From contig NZ_LN831024.1 in the NCBI RefSeq assembly GCF_001457615.1, positions 180,001-212,000 on the forward strand: a stretch of DNA of 32,000 bases. The letters are read 5' to 3'. The translations under genes were made by a program, and so were the position numbers. Under the pieces are notes generated by a model. The model was not told the origin of the DNA. It did no database searches and was given only the letters and a program-made list of their open reading frames with translations. Positions 18,542 to 30,314 of this stretch are shown here, one piece after another. How positions within the stretch are numbered: position 1 is the stretch's first letter; each line of letters opens with the position of its first letter. The stretch comes from Pseudomonas aeruginosa (GTDB lineage Bacteria > Pseudomonadota > Gammaproteobacteria > Pseudomonadales > Pseudomonadaceae).

Positions 18542-19384
18542 TCAGGCCGGGCTGTAGACGGTCTGGCCGACGGAGCGCACCAGGTGGCTGGCGTGGACGA
18601 AGTTCTCCGAATGCCCGGCGAAGAACAGGCCCTCCGGCCGCAGCAGGGCCACCATGCGTTCCAGCAGGCGGGTCTGGGTCGGCTTGTCGAAGTAGATCAT
18701 CACGTTGCGGCAGAAGATCGCGTCGAGTTCCCCGGCGATCGACCAGTCTGCCTCCAGCAGGTTGATCTGGCGGAACTCCACCAGTTGCCGCAGTTCCTCC
18801 ACCACCCGCGCCTTGCCGGCGTTGGGCCCAGTGCCGCGGAGGAAGAAGCGTTTCTTCAGCGGCGCCGGCATCTGCTCCAGGCGCTCCAGCGGATAGACGC
18901 CCTGGCGGGCGCAGTCGAGCACCCCGGTATCGATGTCCGAGGCGACGATCTTCACCGGCGGATCGAAGCTGCCCAGCGCCTCCACCAGGGTGATGGCGAT
19001 CGAATAGGGTTCCTCGCCGGTACTCGCCGCCGCCGACCAGATGCGCAGCGGGCGATGCCGCTGCAACTGGCGGCGGGCGAGGTCGGCGAGCAGGGGGAAG
19101 TGGTGGCGTTCGCGGAAGAATGCGGTGAGGTTGGTGGTCAGCGCGTTGACGAACAACTGCTGCTCGCCCGGCTCGCGGTCGAGGTGGGTGAAATATTCGG
19201 CGAAGCTGCCGAGCCGCAGCAGGCGCAGGCGCCGCGAGAGGCGGCTATAGACCAGTTGCGCCTTGCTCTCGGCCAGGCTGATGCCGGTCAGCCGGTAGAG
19301 CCGCTCGCGTACTTGCTGGAAGTCCTCGCGGGTGTAGTGGAACTCCTGGTTGCCGAACACCGGCGAAGGCGTGGAGGTGGGCAT
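18542..19384 (-). CDS. cheR2: Chemotaxis methyltransferase CheR2
   Basis: LPLLADLARRQLQRHRPLRIWSAAASTGEEPYSIAITLVEAL...IFCRNVMIYFDKPTQTRLLERM. Confidence 0.95.
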   Translation of the reverse strand: MPTSTPSPVFGNQEFHYTREDFQQVRERLYRLTGISLAESKAQLVYSRLSRRLRLLRLGSFAEYFTHLDREPGEQQLFVNALTTNLTAFFRERHHFPLLADLARRQLQRHRPLRIWSAAASTGEEPYSIAITLVEALGSFDPPVKIVASDIDTGVLDCARQGVYPLERLEQMPAPLKKRFFLRGTGPNAGKARVVEELRQLVEFRQINLLEADWSIAGELDAIFCRNVMIYFDKPTQTRLLERMVALLRPEGLFFAGHSENFVHASHLVRSVGQTVYSPA

Positions 19385-19453
19385 TGGCGTCGGGTTTCCC
19401 TGGTCGACCCTAAGGGCTTGCCGCCCTCCGCCTGGCGGAGGCGCGGCGTGGTC

Positions 19454-21493
19454 TCAGAACTCTTCCCAGCCGTCTTCCTTGCGCGCCTTGCTGGCCCGCG
19501 CCATGCCGCTGCGGGCCAGCGGCGCCGGCGCGCTGGGGCGTGGCGCGGACGGCCGCGCGCTGGCGAGCTGGACCACGCTCGGCGGAGTGTCCAGCCTGAA
19601 CACCGCCACCGACTGGTTGAGCAGGCCCGCCTGCTCCTGCATGGCCTCGGCCGCGGCCGCGGCTTCCTCCACCAGCGCGGCGTTCTGCTGGGTCATGTCG
19701 TCCATCTGCGAGACCGCGCTGTTCACCTCTTCGATGCCGGTGCTCTGCTCGGCGGAGGCGGCGGCGATCTCCGACATGATGTCGGTGACCCGGCGGATCG
19801 CCACCACGATGTCGCTCATGGTCTGTCCGGCCTGGGCCACCAGGGTGTTGCCGTTCTCCACCTTGTCCACCGAGTCGGAGATCAGCGTCTTGATCTCCTT
19901 GGCCGCGGCGGCGGAACGCTGGGCGAGGGTGCGCACTTCCCCGGCGACCACCGCGAAGCCGCGGCCCTGCTCGCCGGCGCGGGCTGCCTCGACCGCGGCG
20001 TTGAGGGCGAGGATGTTGGTCTGGAAGGCGATGCCGTCGATCACCCCGATGATGTCGGCGATCTTGCGCGCCGACTCGTTGATCGAGGACATGGTGCTGA
20101 CCACCTTCTGCACCACGGTGCCGCCCTGGGTCGCCACTTCCGAGGCATTGGCCGCCAGCGAGTTGGCCTGGCGGGCATTCTCGGCGTTGAGCTTCACCGT
20201 GCTGGTCAGTTCTTCCATGCTCGAGGCGGTTTCCTCCAGGCTCGACGCCTGCTGCTCGGTGCGCGCCGACAGTTCGGCGTTGCCGCTGGCGATCTCGCTG
20301 GCGGCGGTGTTGATGGTGTCGGCGGCCTCGCGAATCTGCCCGAGCATCCGCGACAGGCTTTGTGCGGTGTCGTTGGAGAAATCCTTGAGCTGGCCGAAGG
20401 TGCCCTGGTAGTCGGCCTCGATGCGCTGGGTGAGGTCGCCCTGGGCCAGCGCCCCGAGCATCCGCGAGACGTCGCGCAAGCCGCGGTCGGCGGTATCCAC
20501 CAGGCTGTTCAGGTCCTTCGCCAGCCTGAGGAAGAAGCCTTCCTTGCCGGCCTCCTCGACGCGCTTGCTGAAGTCGCCGGCGGCCGCCGCCTGCACCAGT
20601 TGCGAGACTTCCTGCTCGGCGCGGTGTTCCTCGGTGCGGTCGGTCCATTGCACGGCGGAGCCGAGGCGTTCGTTGGCGTCGTTGAACACTGGCACCACGT
20701 CGAGGGAGAAGCGCCGGCCGCCGAGGTTGAGCTCGGCCTTGTGCACGCCGGTGAGGTTGGCCAGCAGGTGCCGCTGGTGCGCCGGATTCTTGTGGAACAC
20801 GTCGATGTTGGCGCCCATCAGGCGGCCGGCGTCGAAGTTCGGCAGTTGCTTGCGGATATCCGCTTCGGCGCGACCGAGCATCTCGCTGACGGTGCGGTTC
20901 ATGTAGATGATGTTGAGGTCGTTGTCGGCGATCATCACGTTGGCCGAGACGTTGTCCAGCGCGCTCTTGATCCGCGCGTTGTAGGCCGCCGTGGCCAGTT
21001 GCGCCGAGGTCGCCTCGGCGGCCCCGCGCAGGCGTTCGCGAACGCCGTCGATGGCTTCGGTGATCTGCGCCTTCTTGCCCGGCAGGCGGTCCATCAGCGG
21101 CTCGAAGTTGCCCTGGCCGTAGGCGGTGACCACGCTGACCACCTTCATCTTCACCGCGATGTGCGCGGCCACCAGTTCGTTGACGCCCTTGGCGATGCGC
21201 GCCGCGCGACCTTCCAGGCGTTCGGCGGGAATCGTCTGGTCGATCCAGCCGGCTTCGTGCTGGCGGCTCATCTCCGCCAGCCCCGCCTCCAGGCTTTCCA
21301 CCTGCTGGAGTTCGGCGCGTTGTTCGCGCAGTTGCCGCTGCAGCGCCCGCAGGCTGTCGTAGAGACGCTCGTAGCCGGGCGCCGGGGCCTCGCCGACGGC
21401 GGTGTCGAGCTGGCCGTCGGCGAACGACTGGAGGAGCGTGGCGATCCGGTCGGCGCGTTGCTGCGCCACCGCATGTGCATTGAACAGACCCAT
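19454..21493 (-). CDS. aer2: Soluble chemoreceptor Aer2/McpB with HAMP repeats and PAS domain
   Basis: 679 aa; no obvious TM segments; PAS ([22 protein letters not shown]...), MCP signalling hairpin ([48 protein letters not shown]); C-terminal pentapeptide GWEEF. Confidence 0.95.
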
Positions 21494-21528
21494 TTCGATA
21501 TCCCCTGCCTATCCCTCGTTGGCGCCGC

Positions 21529-22014
21529 TCAGGCCGCGGCTTCGTCGACCAGCGCCATTTCGCGGCTGGTCATCAGTCTCTCGATGTCCACCAGGATCAA
21601 CATGCGCTCGCCCGCGGTGGCCAGGCCGAGCAGGTATTCGGTGTCGAAGCTGGCGCCGAACTCCGGCGGCGGCCTGATCGCGTCGCCGCCCAGTGCGATC
21701 ACGTCGGATACCGAGTCCACCACCACGCCGACGATGCGCCGGCCGATGTTGAGGATGATCACCACGGTGAACGGGTCGTAGGTGACCTCGGCGAGGTGGA
21801 ACTTGATGCGCAGGTCGACGATCGGCACGATCGCCCCGCGCAGGTTGATCACGCCCTTGATGAAGGGCGGCGCGTTGGCGATCGCGGTGACCTGGTCGTA
21901 GCCGCGGATCTCCTGCACGCGGAGGATGTCGATGGCGTACTCCTCGCGGCCCAGGGTGAAGGTCAGGTATTCCTGCGCCGGGCCGTTCGCCTGGCTTGCC
22001 TCAGTGCCGTTCAT
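21529..22014 (-). CDS. cheW2: Chemotaxis coupling protein CheW2
   Basis: [55 protein letters not shown]. The MNGTEAS start overlaps the end of cheA2 by 14 nt. Confidence 0.94.
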   Translation of the reverse strand: MNGTEASQANGPAQEYLTFTLGREEYAIDILRVQEIRGYDQVTAIANAPPFIKGVINLRGAIVPIVDLRIKFHLAEVTYDPFTVVIILNIGRRIVGVVVDSVSDVIALGGDAIRPPPEFGASFDTEYLLGLATAGERMLILVDIERLMTSREMALVDEAAA

Positions 22015-23920
22015 CGGCGGTGTCCTCCCGCGCCGCCAGGCGTGGCAGCGCATCGACGTCGAGAATCAGGGCGACGCTGCCGTCGCCCATGATGGTGGCG
22101 CCGGCGATACCCTCCACACGGCGGAAATTCTGTTCCAGGCTCTTGATCACCACCTGCTGCTGGCCGACCAGTTCGTCCACCTGCAGGGCGAAGCTGCGCC
22201 CCTCGGACTCGAGGATCACCACGATGCCCTGCTCCGGCGCCGGCGCTTCGCCGCCGATGCGCAACAGCTCGTGCAGGCTGAACAGCGGCAGGTACTCGCC
22301 GCGTACGCGGATCATCGCGTTGTCTTCGCCGCCGAGACCGCGCACGTCGTCGCTGCGCGCCTGCAGCGACTCGACGATGTAGGTCAGCGGAATCACGTAG
22401 TTGACCGCTTCGACGGCGACGATCAGGCCGTCGAGGATCGCCAGGGTCAGCGGCAGGCGGATGCCGATGCGAGTGCCCATGCCGGGCGCCGAGTCGATGT
22501 CGATGCGCCCGCCCATGGCACCGATGTTGCGCTTCACCACGTCCATGCCGACGCCGCGTCCGGACAGCTCGGTGACCGTATCGGCGGTGGAGAAGCCGGG
22601 CATGAACACCAGTTGCCAGACCTCGGCGTCGCTCATCCCGTCATGCACCGGCAGGTTGCGCTCGCGGGCCTTGGCGAGGATGCGTGGACGCGACAGGCCG
22701 CGACCGTCGTCGGAAACCTCCACCACCACGCTGCCGCCCTGGTGGCTGGCGGCGAGCTTCACCGTGCCGCTCGCCGGCTTGCCGGCGGCGAGGCGTTCGG
22801 CGGGCGTTTCGATGCCGTGGTCGATGCTGTTGCGGACGATGTGGGTGAGCGGATCGCTGAGTTTCTCGATCACGCTCTTGTCCAGTTCGGTGTGCTCGCC
22901 GTACAGGTGCAGCTCGACCTGCTTGCCCAGGCGCGTGGCGGTGTCGCGCACCAGCCTGGGGAAGCGGCTGAAGATGAAGTTGATCGGCAGCATGCGGATC
23001 GACATCACCGACTCCTGCAGGTCGCGGGTGTTGTGTTCGAGCTGGGCCAGGGCGTGCTGCAGGCGCTCGTGGCGGCTCGGGTCGAGCTGCTCGCCGAGCT
23101 GGCCGAGCATGGCCTGGGTGATCACCAGTTCGCCGACCAGGTTGATCAGGCTGTCGATCTTTTCCACGCTGACCCGGATCGAGCCGGACTCGCCGTCGCC
23201 ACGCACGGGCGCGACTGCGCCCCTGGCCGGCGCGGCGACGGCTTGCGCGGGCGCACTGGGCGCGGCGGGGCTGCCGGGGGCGCCGTCGAACAGGCCGAAG
23301 GCGCGTTCCTCCGCCGGTGGGGAACCCGGTGCCTCATCGAAGAGGCCGAACGCTTCGCTCGCGGCCGGTGCGCCGGGCGCCTCGTCGAAGAGCCCGAACG
23401 CTTCCGGCGCGGCCGCTCGTTCCGGAGCGCCCGGGCCTTCGTCGAAGAAGCCGAAGGCATCGTCGTCCGCGGTTTCCCTGGCGGGCGCGTCGTCGAACAG
23501 GCCGAAGCCTTCCTCCGCCGCTTCCTGCTCCGGCACCCGCAGCCAGCCGCGCAGCCGCTCGACCGTCTCCAGTAACGGCACCCCGGGGTCGGGACTGCCG
23601 CTGCGATGGGCGTCGAGCAGGCGCTGCAACACGTCGCGGGCTTCGAGGAAGGAACTGATCATGTCCGGCCGCAGGTGCATCTGGCCACAGCGGATGCGGT
23701 CGAGCAGGGTCTCCAGTTCGTGGGTGACGGCGGTGATGTCGTCGAAACCGAACATTCCGCTGGAACCCTTGATCGAATGCGCGGCGCGGAAGATGCCGTG
23801 CAGCGTCTCGCTGTCCGGCCGGTCCAGGTCGAGACCGATCAGGAGGAGTTCGAGGGTGGCCAGGTGTTCCTCGGTTTCCTCGAAGAACACCTGGAGAAAC
23901 TGGCTCATATCCTGGGGCAT
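22001..23920 (-). CDS. cheA2: Chemotaxis histidine kinase CheA2
   Basis: HPt ([16 protein letters not shown]), dimerisation, ATPase ([31 protein letters not shown]) and CheW-like domains; unusual repeat-rich linker between HPt and dimerisation domain. Confidence 0.95.
   Translation of the reverse strand: MPQDMSQFLQVFFEETEEHLATLELLLIGLDLDRPDSETLHGIFRAAHSIKGSSGMFGFDDITAVTHELETLLDRIRCGQMHLRPDMISSFLEARDVLQRLLDAHRSGSPDPGVPLLETVERLRGWLRVPEQEAAEEGFGLFDDAPARETADDDAFGFFDEGPGAPERAAAPEAFGLFDEAPGAPAASEAFGLFDEAPGSPPAEERAFGLFDGAPGSPAAPSAPAQAVAAPARGAVAPVRGDGESGSIRVSVEKIDSLINLVGELVITQAMLGQLGEQLDPSRHERLQHALAQLEHNTRDLQESVMSIRMLPINFIFSRFPRLVRDTATRLGKQVELHLYGEHTELDKSVIEKLSDPLTHIVRNSIDHGIETPAERLAAGKPASGTVKLAASHQGGSVVVEVSDDGRGLSRPRILAKARERNLPVHDGMSDAEVWQLVFMPGFSTADTVTELSGRGVGMDVVKRNIGAMGGRIDIDSAPGMGTRIGIRLPLTLAILDGLIVAVEAVNYVIPLTYIVESLQARSDDVRGLGGEDNAMIRVRGEYLPLFSLHELLRIGGEAPAPEQGIVVILESEGRSFALQVDELVGQQQVVIKSLEQNFRRVEGIAGATIMGDGSVALILDVDALPRLAAREDTADERH
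23281..23508 (-). repeat. Five FG[LF]FD short linear motif repeats in the CheA2 linker
   Basis: Cores at 23285-23299, 23336-23350, 23384-23398, 23441-23455 and 23492-23506 (FGLFD x4, FGFFD x1), spaced 16-19 aa apart. Confidence 0.9.
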
Positions 23921-23947
23921 GGGACCTCCCCCGCGGGGGAACGGGAA

Positions 23948-24313
23948 TCAGGGCAGGACCTTGCGCGTCACTTCGAGCAGTTTCGGCGGGTCGAACGGCT
24001 TCACCAGCCAGCCGGTGGCGCCGGCGCTGCGTCCCTGCTGCTTCATCGCGTCGCTCGATTCGGTGGTCAGCATGAGGATCGGCACGCTGCGGTAGCCGGC
24101 CAGGTTACGCAGGCTGCGGATCAGCGACAGGCCGTCCATGTTCGGCATGTTCTGGTCGGTGAACACCAGGCTGTAGCTCTTGCTCTGGGCCTTGCCGAGG
24201 CCTTCCTTGCCGTCCGCGGCCTCGTCCACCTCGTAGCCGGCGGACTTCAGGGTGAAGCTCAGCATCTGGCGGATAGACGCCGAGTCGTCGACGATCAGAA
24301 TCGGTTTGCCCAT
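23948..24313 (-). CDS. cheY2: Chemotaxis response regulator CheY2
   Basis: MGKPILIVDDSASIRQMLSFTLKSAGYEV...TDQNMPNMDGLSLIRSLR...LTTES...GWLVKPFDPPKLL. Confidence 0.94.
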   Translation of the reverse strand: MGKPILIVDDSASIRQMLSFTLKSAGYEVDEAADGKEGLGKAQSKSYSLVFTDQNMPNMDGLSLIRSLRNLAGYRSVPILMLTTESSDAMKQQGRSAGATGWLVKPFDPPKLLEVTRKVLP

Positions 24314-24510
24314 GGTCTTGCGTCCTCACGGTGTCCCTACCGCAGCGCCAAGCTCGGCGGCGAAGGTGGTGTGTGCCAGGTGGCTGTGACGGAGGGCTCT
24401 GATGGCCCTTTGCTAGCTCCAGTAAAGACAATGTCCGGTGGATTTCAATTATTGGCGCCGGTTTCTCGTCGGATAGTTATCCGGTTAGACGGATTGGCTA
24501 TCGATACCCC

Positions 24511-25875
<1,365 letters not shown>

Positions 25876-26808
25876 CTAGCCGGTTGGGAAGGCGGAGAAG
25901 CGCCGGGCCAGGTCCTGGCGGCGGAAGTAGTCGACGACGAAGTCGACGAAGACCCGGGTCTTGGCCGGTAGCAGCTTATTCGCCGCGTAGTAGAGGCTGG
26001 TGTTGCCGGCGTCGACGTACCAGTCCGGCAGGACCCGCACCAGGGCGCCGGACTCCAGGTAGGCATAGGCGTGCTGCATGCATACCAGGGTGATGCCCAG
26101 GCCCATGGCGGCGACCTCGCAGGTGGCTTCCGGGTCGCTCATGGTCATGCGTTCGCGCAGCTCGATCGGCGCCTCCTCGCCGTTGCGCCGGCGCAGCGGC
26201 CAGGAGCGCACGCGGCCGGTCTGCGGCGAGCGGATGCGGATCCCGTCGAAGCCGCCCAGGTCGCCTGGATGGCGGATTGGCGGCTTGTCGCGGAGGTAGG
26301 CGGGCGAGGCGAGGAGGATCAGGTGGCCCGGCGTCAGGTTGCGCGCCACCACCCCGGGCGGCAGTTCGAAACCACCGCCGATGGCGGCGTCGAAGCCTTC
26401 GCCGATGAGGTCGACCTGGCGATTGTCGAAATGCCAGTCGGGCACGATGTCAGGATAGCGTTCGAGGAACTCGCCGAGCAGCGGCAGGATGTAGTCGCGG
26501 CCGAAGGCCAGCCCCATGCTGACCTTCAACGTGCCGCTGGGTTGGTTGCCGACGCTGGAGACGTTGGCGAGAGCGGTCTGGATGCCCTCCAGGCTGCCGC
26601 CGACCTCTTGCAGGAAACGCTCCCCGGCTTCGGTCAGGGTCAGGCGCCGGGTGCTGCGCTGGAACAGGCGCACGCCGAGGTTGCTTTCCAGGCGGGCGAC
26701 GTTCTTGCCCACCCCGGCCGGCGTCAGGCCCAGGCGCCTGGCGGCCTCGGCGAAGCTACCGGCCTCGGCGCTGCGGACGAAGCACTGGATGTTGCTGAGG
26801 GTTTCCAT
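25876..26808 (-). CDS. LysR-family transcriptional regulator
   Basis: METLSNIQCFVRSAEAGSFAEAARRLGLTPAGVGKNVARLESNLGVRLFQRSTRRLTLTEAG. 310 aa. Confidence 0.95.
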   Translation of the reverse strand: METLSNIQCFVRSAEAGSFAEAARRLGLTPAGVGKNVARLESNLGVRLFQRSTRRLTLTEAGERFLQEVGGSLEGIQTALANVSSVGNQPSGTLKVSMGLAFGRDYILPLLGEFLERYPDIVPDWHFDNRQVDLIGEGFDAAIGGGFELPPGVVARNLTPGHLILLASPAYLRDKPPIRHPGDLGGFDGIRIRSPQTGRVRSWPLRRRNGEEAPIELRERMTMSDPEATCEVAAMGLGITLVCMQHAYAYLESGALVRVLPDWYVDAGNTSLYYAANKLLPAKTRVFVDFVVDYFRRQDLARRFSAFPTG

Positions 26809-26835
26809 GGGAAAGGGCCCGCATAAACCATTGGT

Positions 26836-26854
26836 ATCGGCTGAATATAGCGAT
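26836..26854. promoter_or_regulatory. Candidate operator in the divergent LysR/SDR intergenic region
   Basis: ATCG-N11-CGAT perfect inverted repeat (26836-26839 / 26851-26854). Confidence 0.35.
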
Positions 26855-26924
26855 TACCCGCTACCAGGTCTGCAATGGACGACGGAAACTCGGGGCCTGT
26901 CTATCCACTCCGATGGAGATTTCC

Positions 26925-27677
26925 ATGTCCGTATCCTCTGCATCCCTCGCCGGCAAAGTCGCCTTCGTCCAGGGCGGTTCCCGCGGCATCGGCGCCGCCA
27001 TCGTTCGTCGGCTGGCCGCCGAAGGCGCCAGCGTCGCCTTCACCTACGTCAGCTCGGCGGACAAGTCCCGGGCCCTGGCGGCCGAACTCGAAGGCGCCGG
27101 AGCCAGCATCCTGGCCCTGCATGCCGATAGCGCCGACGCGGCGGCGCTCGTCGCCGCCGTCGACGAAGCGGCGGCTCGCTTCGGACGCATCGACATCCTG
27201 GTCAACAATGCCGCCGTCCTCGCCCTCGGTTCGGTGGAAGAGCTGCCGCTGGCCGACTTCGAGCGGACCTTGGCGATCAACGTGCGCAGCGTCTTCGTCG
27301 CCACCCAGGCGGCGGTCAAGCACATGGGCGACGGCGGGCGGGTGATCAGCATCGGCAGCACCAATGCCGAACGCATGCCGTTCGCCGGCGGCGCCACCTA
27401 CGCGATGAGCAAGTCGGCGCTGGTCGGCCTGACCAAGGGCCTGGCCCGCGACCTCGGCCCGCGCGGGATCACGGTGAACAACGTGCAGCCGGGTCCGGTG
27501 GATACCGACATGAACCCGGACGACGGCGACTTCGCCGAGGCCCTCAAGGGCCTGATGGCGCTGCCGCGCTACGCCCGCAGCGAGGAAATCGCCAGCTTCG
27601 TCGCCTACCTGGCCGGGCCGGAAGCGGCCTACATCACCGGGGCCAGCCTGACCATCGATGGCGGTTTCTCGGCCTGA
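26925..27677 (+). CDS. Short-chain dehydrogenase/reductase (SDR, 3-oxoacyl-ACP reductase-like)
   Basis: GKVAFVQGGSRGIGAAIVRRLAAEGA; NNAA; S...YAMSKSALVGLTKGLARDL; ITGASLTIDGGFSA. ATG at 26925 has GGAG at 26916-26919. Confidence 0.93.
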   Translation: MSVSSASLAGKVAFVQGGSRGIGAAIVRRLAAEGASVAFTYVSSADKSRALAAELEGAGASILALHADSADAAALVAAVDEAAARFGRIDILVNNAAVLALGSVEELPLADFERTLAINVRSVFVATQAAVKHMGDGGRVISIGSTNAERMPFAGGATYAMSKSALVGLTKGLARDLGPRGITVNNVQPGPVDTDMNPDDGDFAEALKGLMALPRYARSEEIASFVAYLAGPEAAYITGASLTIDGGFSA

Positions 27678-27709
27678 CCCGGGTCGCCTCGTTCCACCCG
27701 GCGAAGTAG

Positions 27710-27770
27710 CCCCTCTCCCCGACCTTCTGGCCAGACGTTCCCTCCTGAAGGGAGAGGGCGAGGGGAGAGG
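27710..27770. repeat. Extragenic imperfect palindrome (CCTCTCCCC ... GGGGAGAGG)
   Basis: Outer arms CCTCTCCCC (27712-27720) and GGGGAGAGG (27762-27770); additional TCCCT/AGGGA pairing inside. Lies between the convergent SDR and sulfatase genes. Confidence 0.55.
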
Positions 27771-27776
27771 TTCCGC

Positions 27777-29474
<1,698 letters not shown>

Positions 29475-30314
29475 TCAGCAAGCGAGGAATTCGAAGGGCA
29501 GGTTTTCCACCCGTCGCGGCGGCGGCGCGACGTACTCGCCGTCGGCGGTCAGTTCGTGCAGCAGCGCTTCGCGCTGGCGCAGGAAGTCGAAGCCACCGCG
29601 CTCGCGCGGATGCGCCAGGCCCACCTCGACCACCCGCCTGATCCGCCCCGGACGTGGCTCCATCACCACCACCCGGTCGGCCAGGTAGAGCGCCTCCTCG
29701 ACGTCGTGGGTGACCAGCAGGGTGGTGATACGGGTACGCCGGCGGATCGCCAGCAACTCTTCCTGCAACTGTTGGCGGGTCAGGGCGTCGAGGGCGCTGA
29801 ACGGCTCGTCGAGCAGCAGCAGGCGCGGGCTGGCCACCAGGCCACGGGCGATCGCCACGCGCTGGGCCATGCCGCCGGACAACTGGTGCGGGTAGGCACG
29901 CTCGAAGCCGTGCAGGCCGACCAGGCGGATGTATTCGTCGATCCGCGCCGCCTTGTCGGTTTCGCCAAGGGCTTCGTTGACCAGGCCGAGGGCGACGTTC
30001 TGCTGCACCGTCAGCCAGGGGAACAGGCGGTGCTCCTGGAACACGATGCCGCGTTCGCCGCCGATGCCGGCGATTGGCCGGCCGTCGACGCGGATCTCGC
30101 CGTCGTAGTCGCGGTCCAGGCCGATCAGCAGGCGCAGCAGGGTCGACTTGCCGCAGCCACTGGCGCCGACGATGGCGATGAACTCGCCCTCGCCGATCTC
30201 CAGGTCGAACTGCTGGATCGCTTCCAGTCGCCGGCCGTCCACGGCGAAGTGCTTGCGCACCTGGCGGAAGCTGACCAGCGGGGTGCCCGTGGCGGGCGCG
30301 GTGAATGCGTTCAT
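29475..30314 (-). CDS. atsC: ABC transporter ATP-binding protein (sulfonate/taurine-type, SsuB/TauB-like)
   Basis: Walker A VGASGCGKST; signature LSGGMAQRVAIARGL; Walker B LLLLDEPFSALD. ATG overlaps the atsB stop codon (ATGA). Confidence 0.9.
   Translation of the reverse strand: MNAFTAPATGTPLVSFRQVRKHFAVDGRRLEAIQQFDLEIGEGEFIAIVGASGCGKSTLLRLLIGLDRDYDGEIRVDGRPIAGIGGERGIVFQEHRLFPWLTVQQNVALGLVNEALGETDKAARIDEYIRLVGLHGFERAYPHQLSGGMAQRVAIARGLVASPRLLLLDEPFSALDALTRQQLQEELLAIRRRTRITTLLVTHDVEEALYLADRVVVMEPRPGRIRRVVEVGLAHPRERGGFDFLRQREALLHELTADGEYVAPPPRRVENLPFEFLAC

Noticed and set aside
18584-21781. 1065-aa plus-strand ORF across cheR2/aer2/cheW2
   Set aside because: It is the mirror frame of well-recognised chemotaxis genes on the minus strand. 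The low-complexity sequence changes character at each true gene boundary, so it is an artefact.
23281-23508. The CheA2 repeat region considered as a CRISPR or DNA-level tandem repeat
   Set aside because: Repeats are imperfect, in frame, spaced by 48-57 nt and encode conserved protein motifs inside a CDS; no spacer architecture or cas genes.
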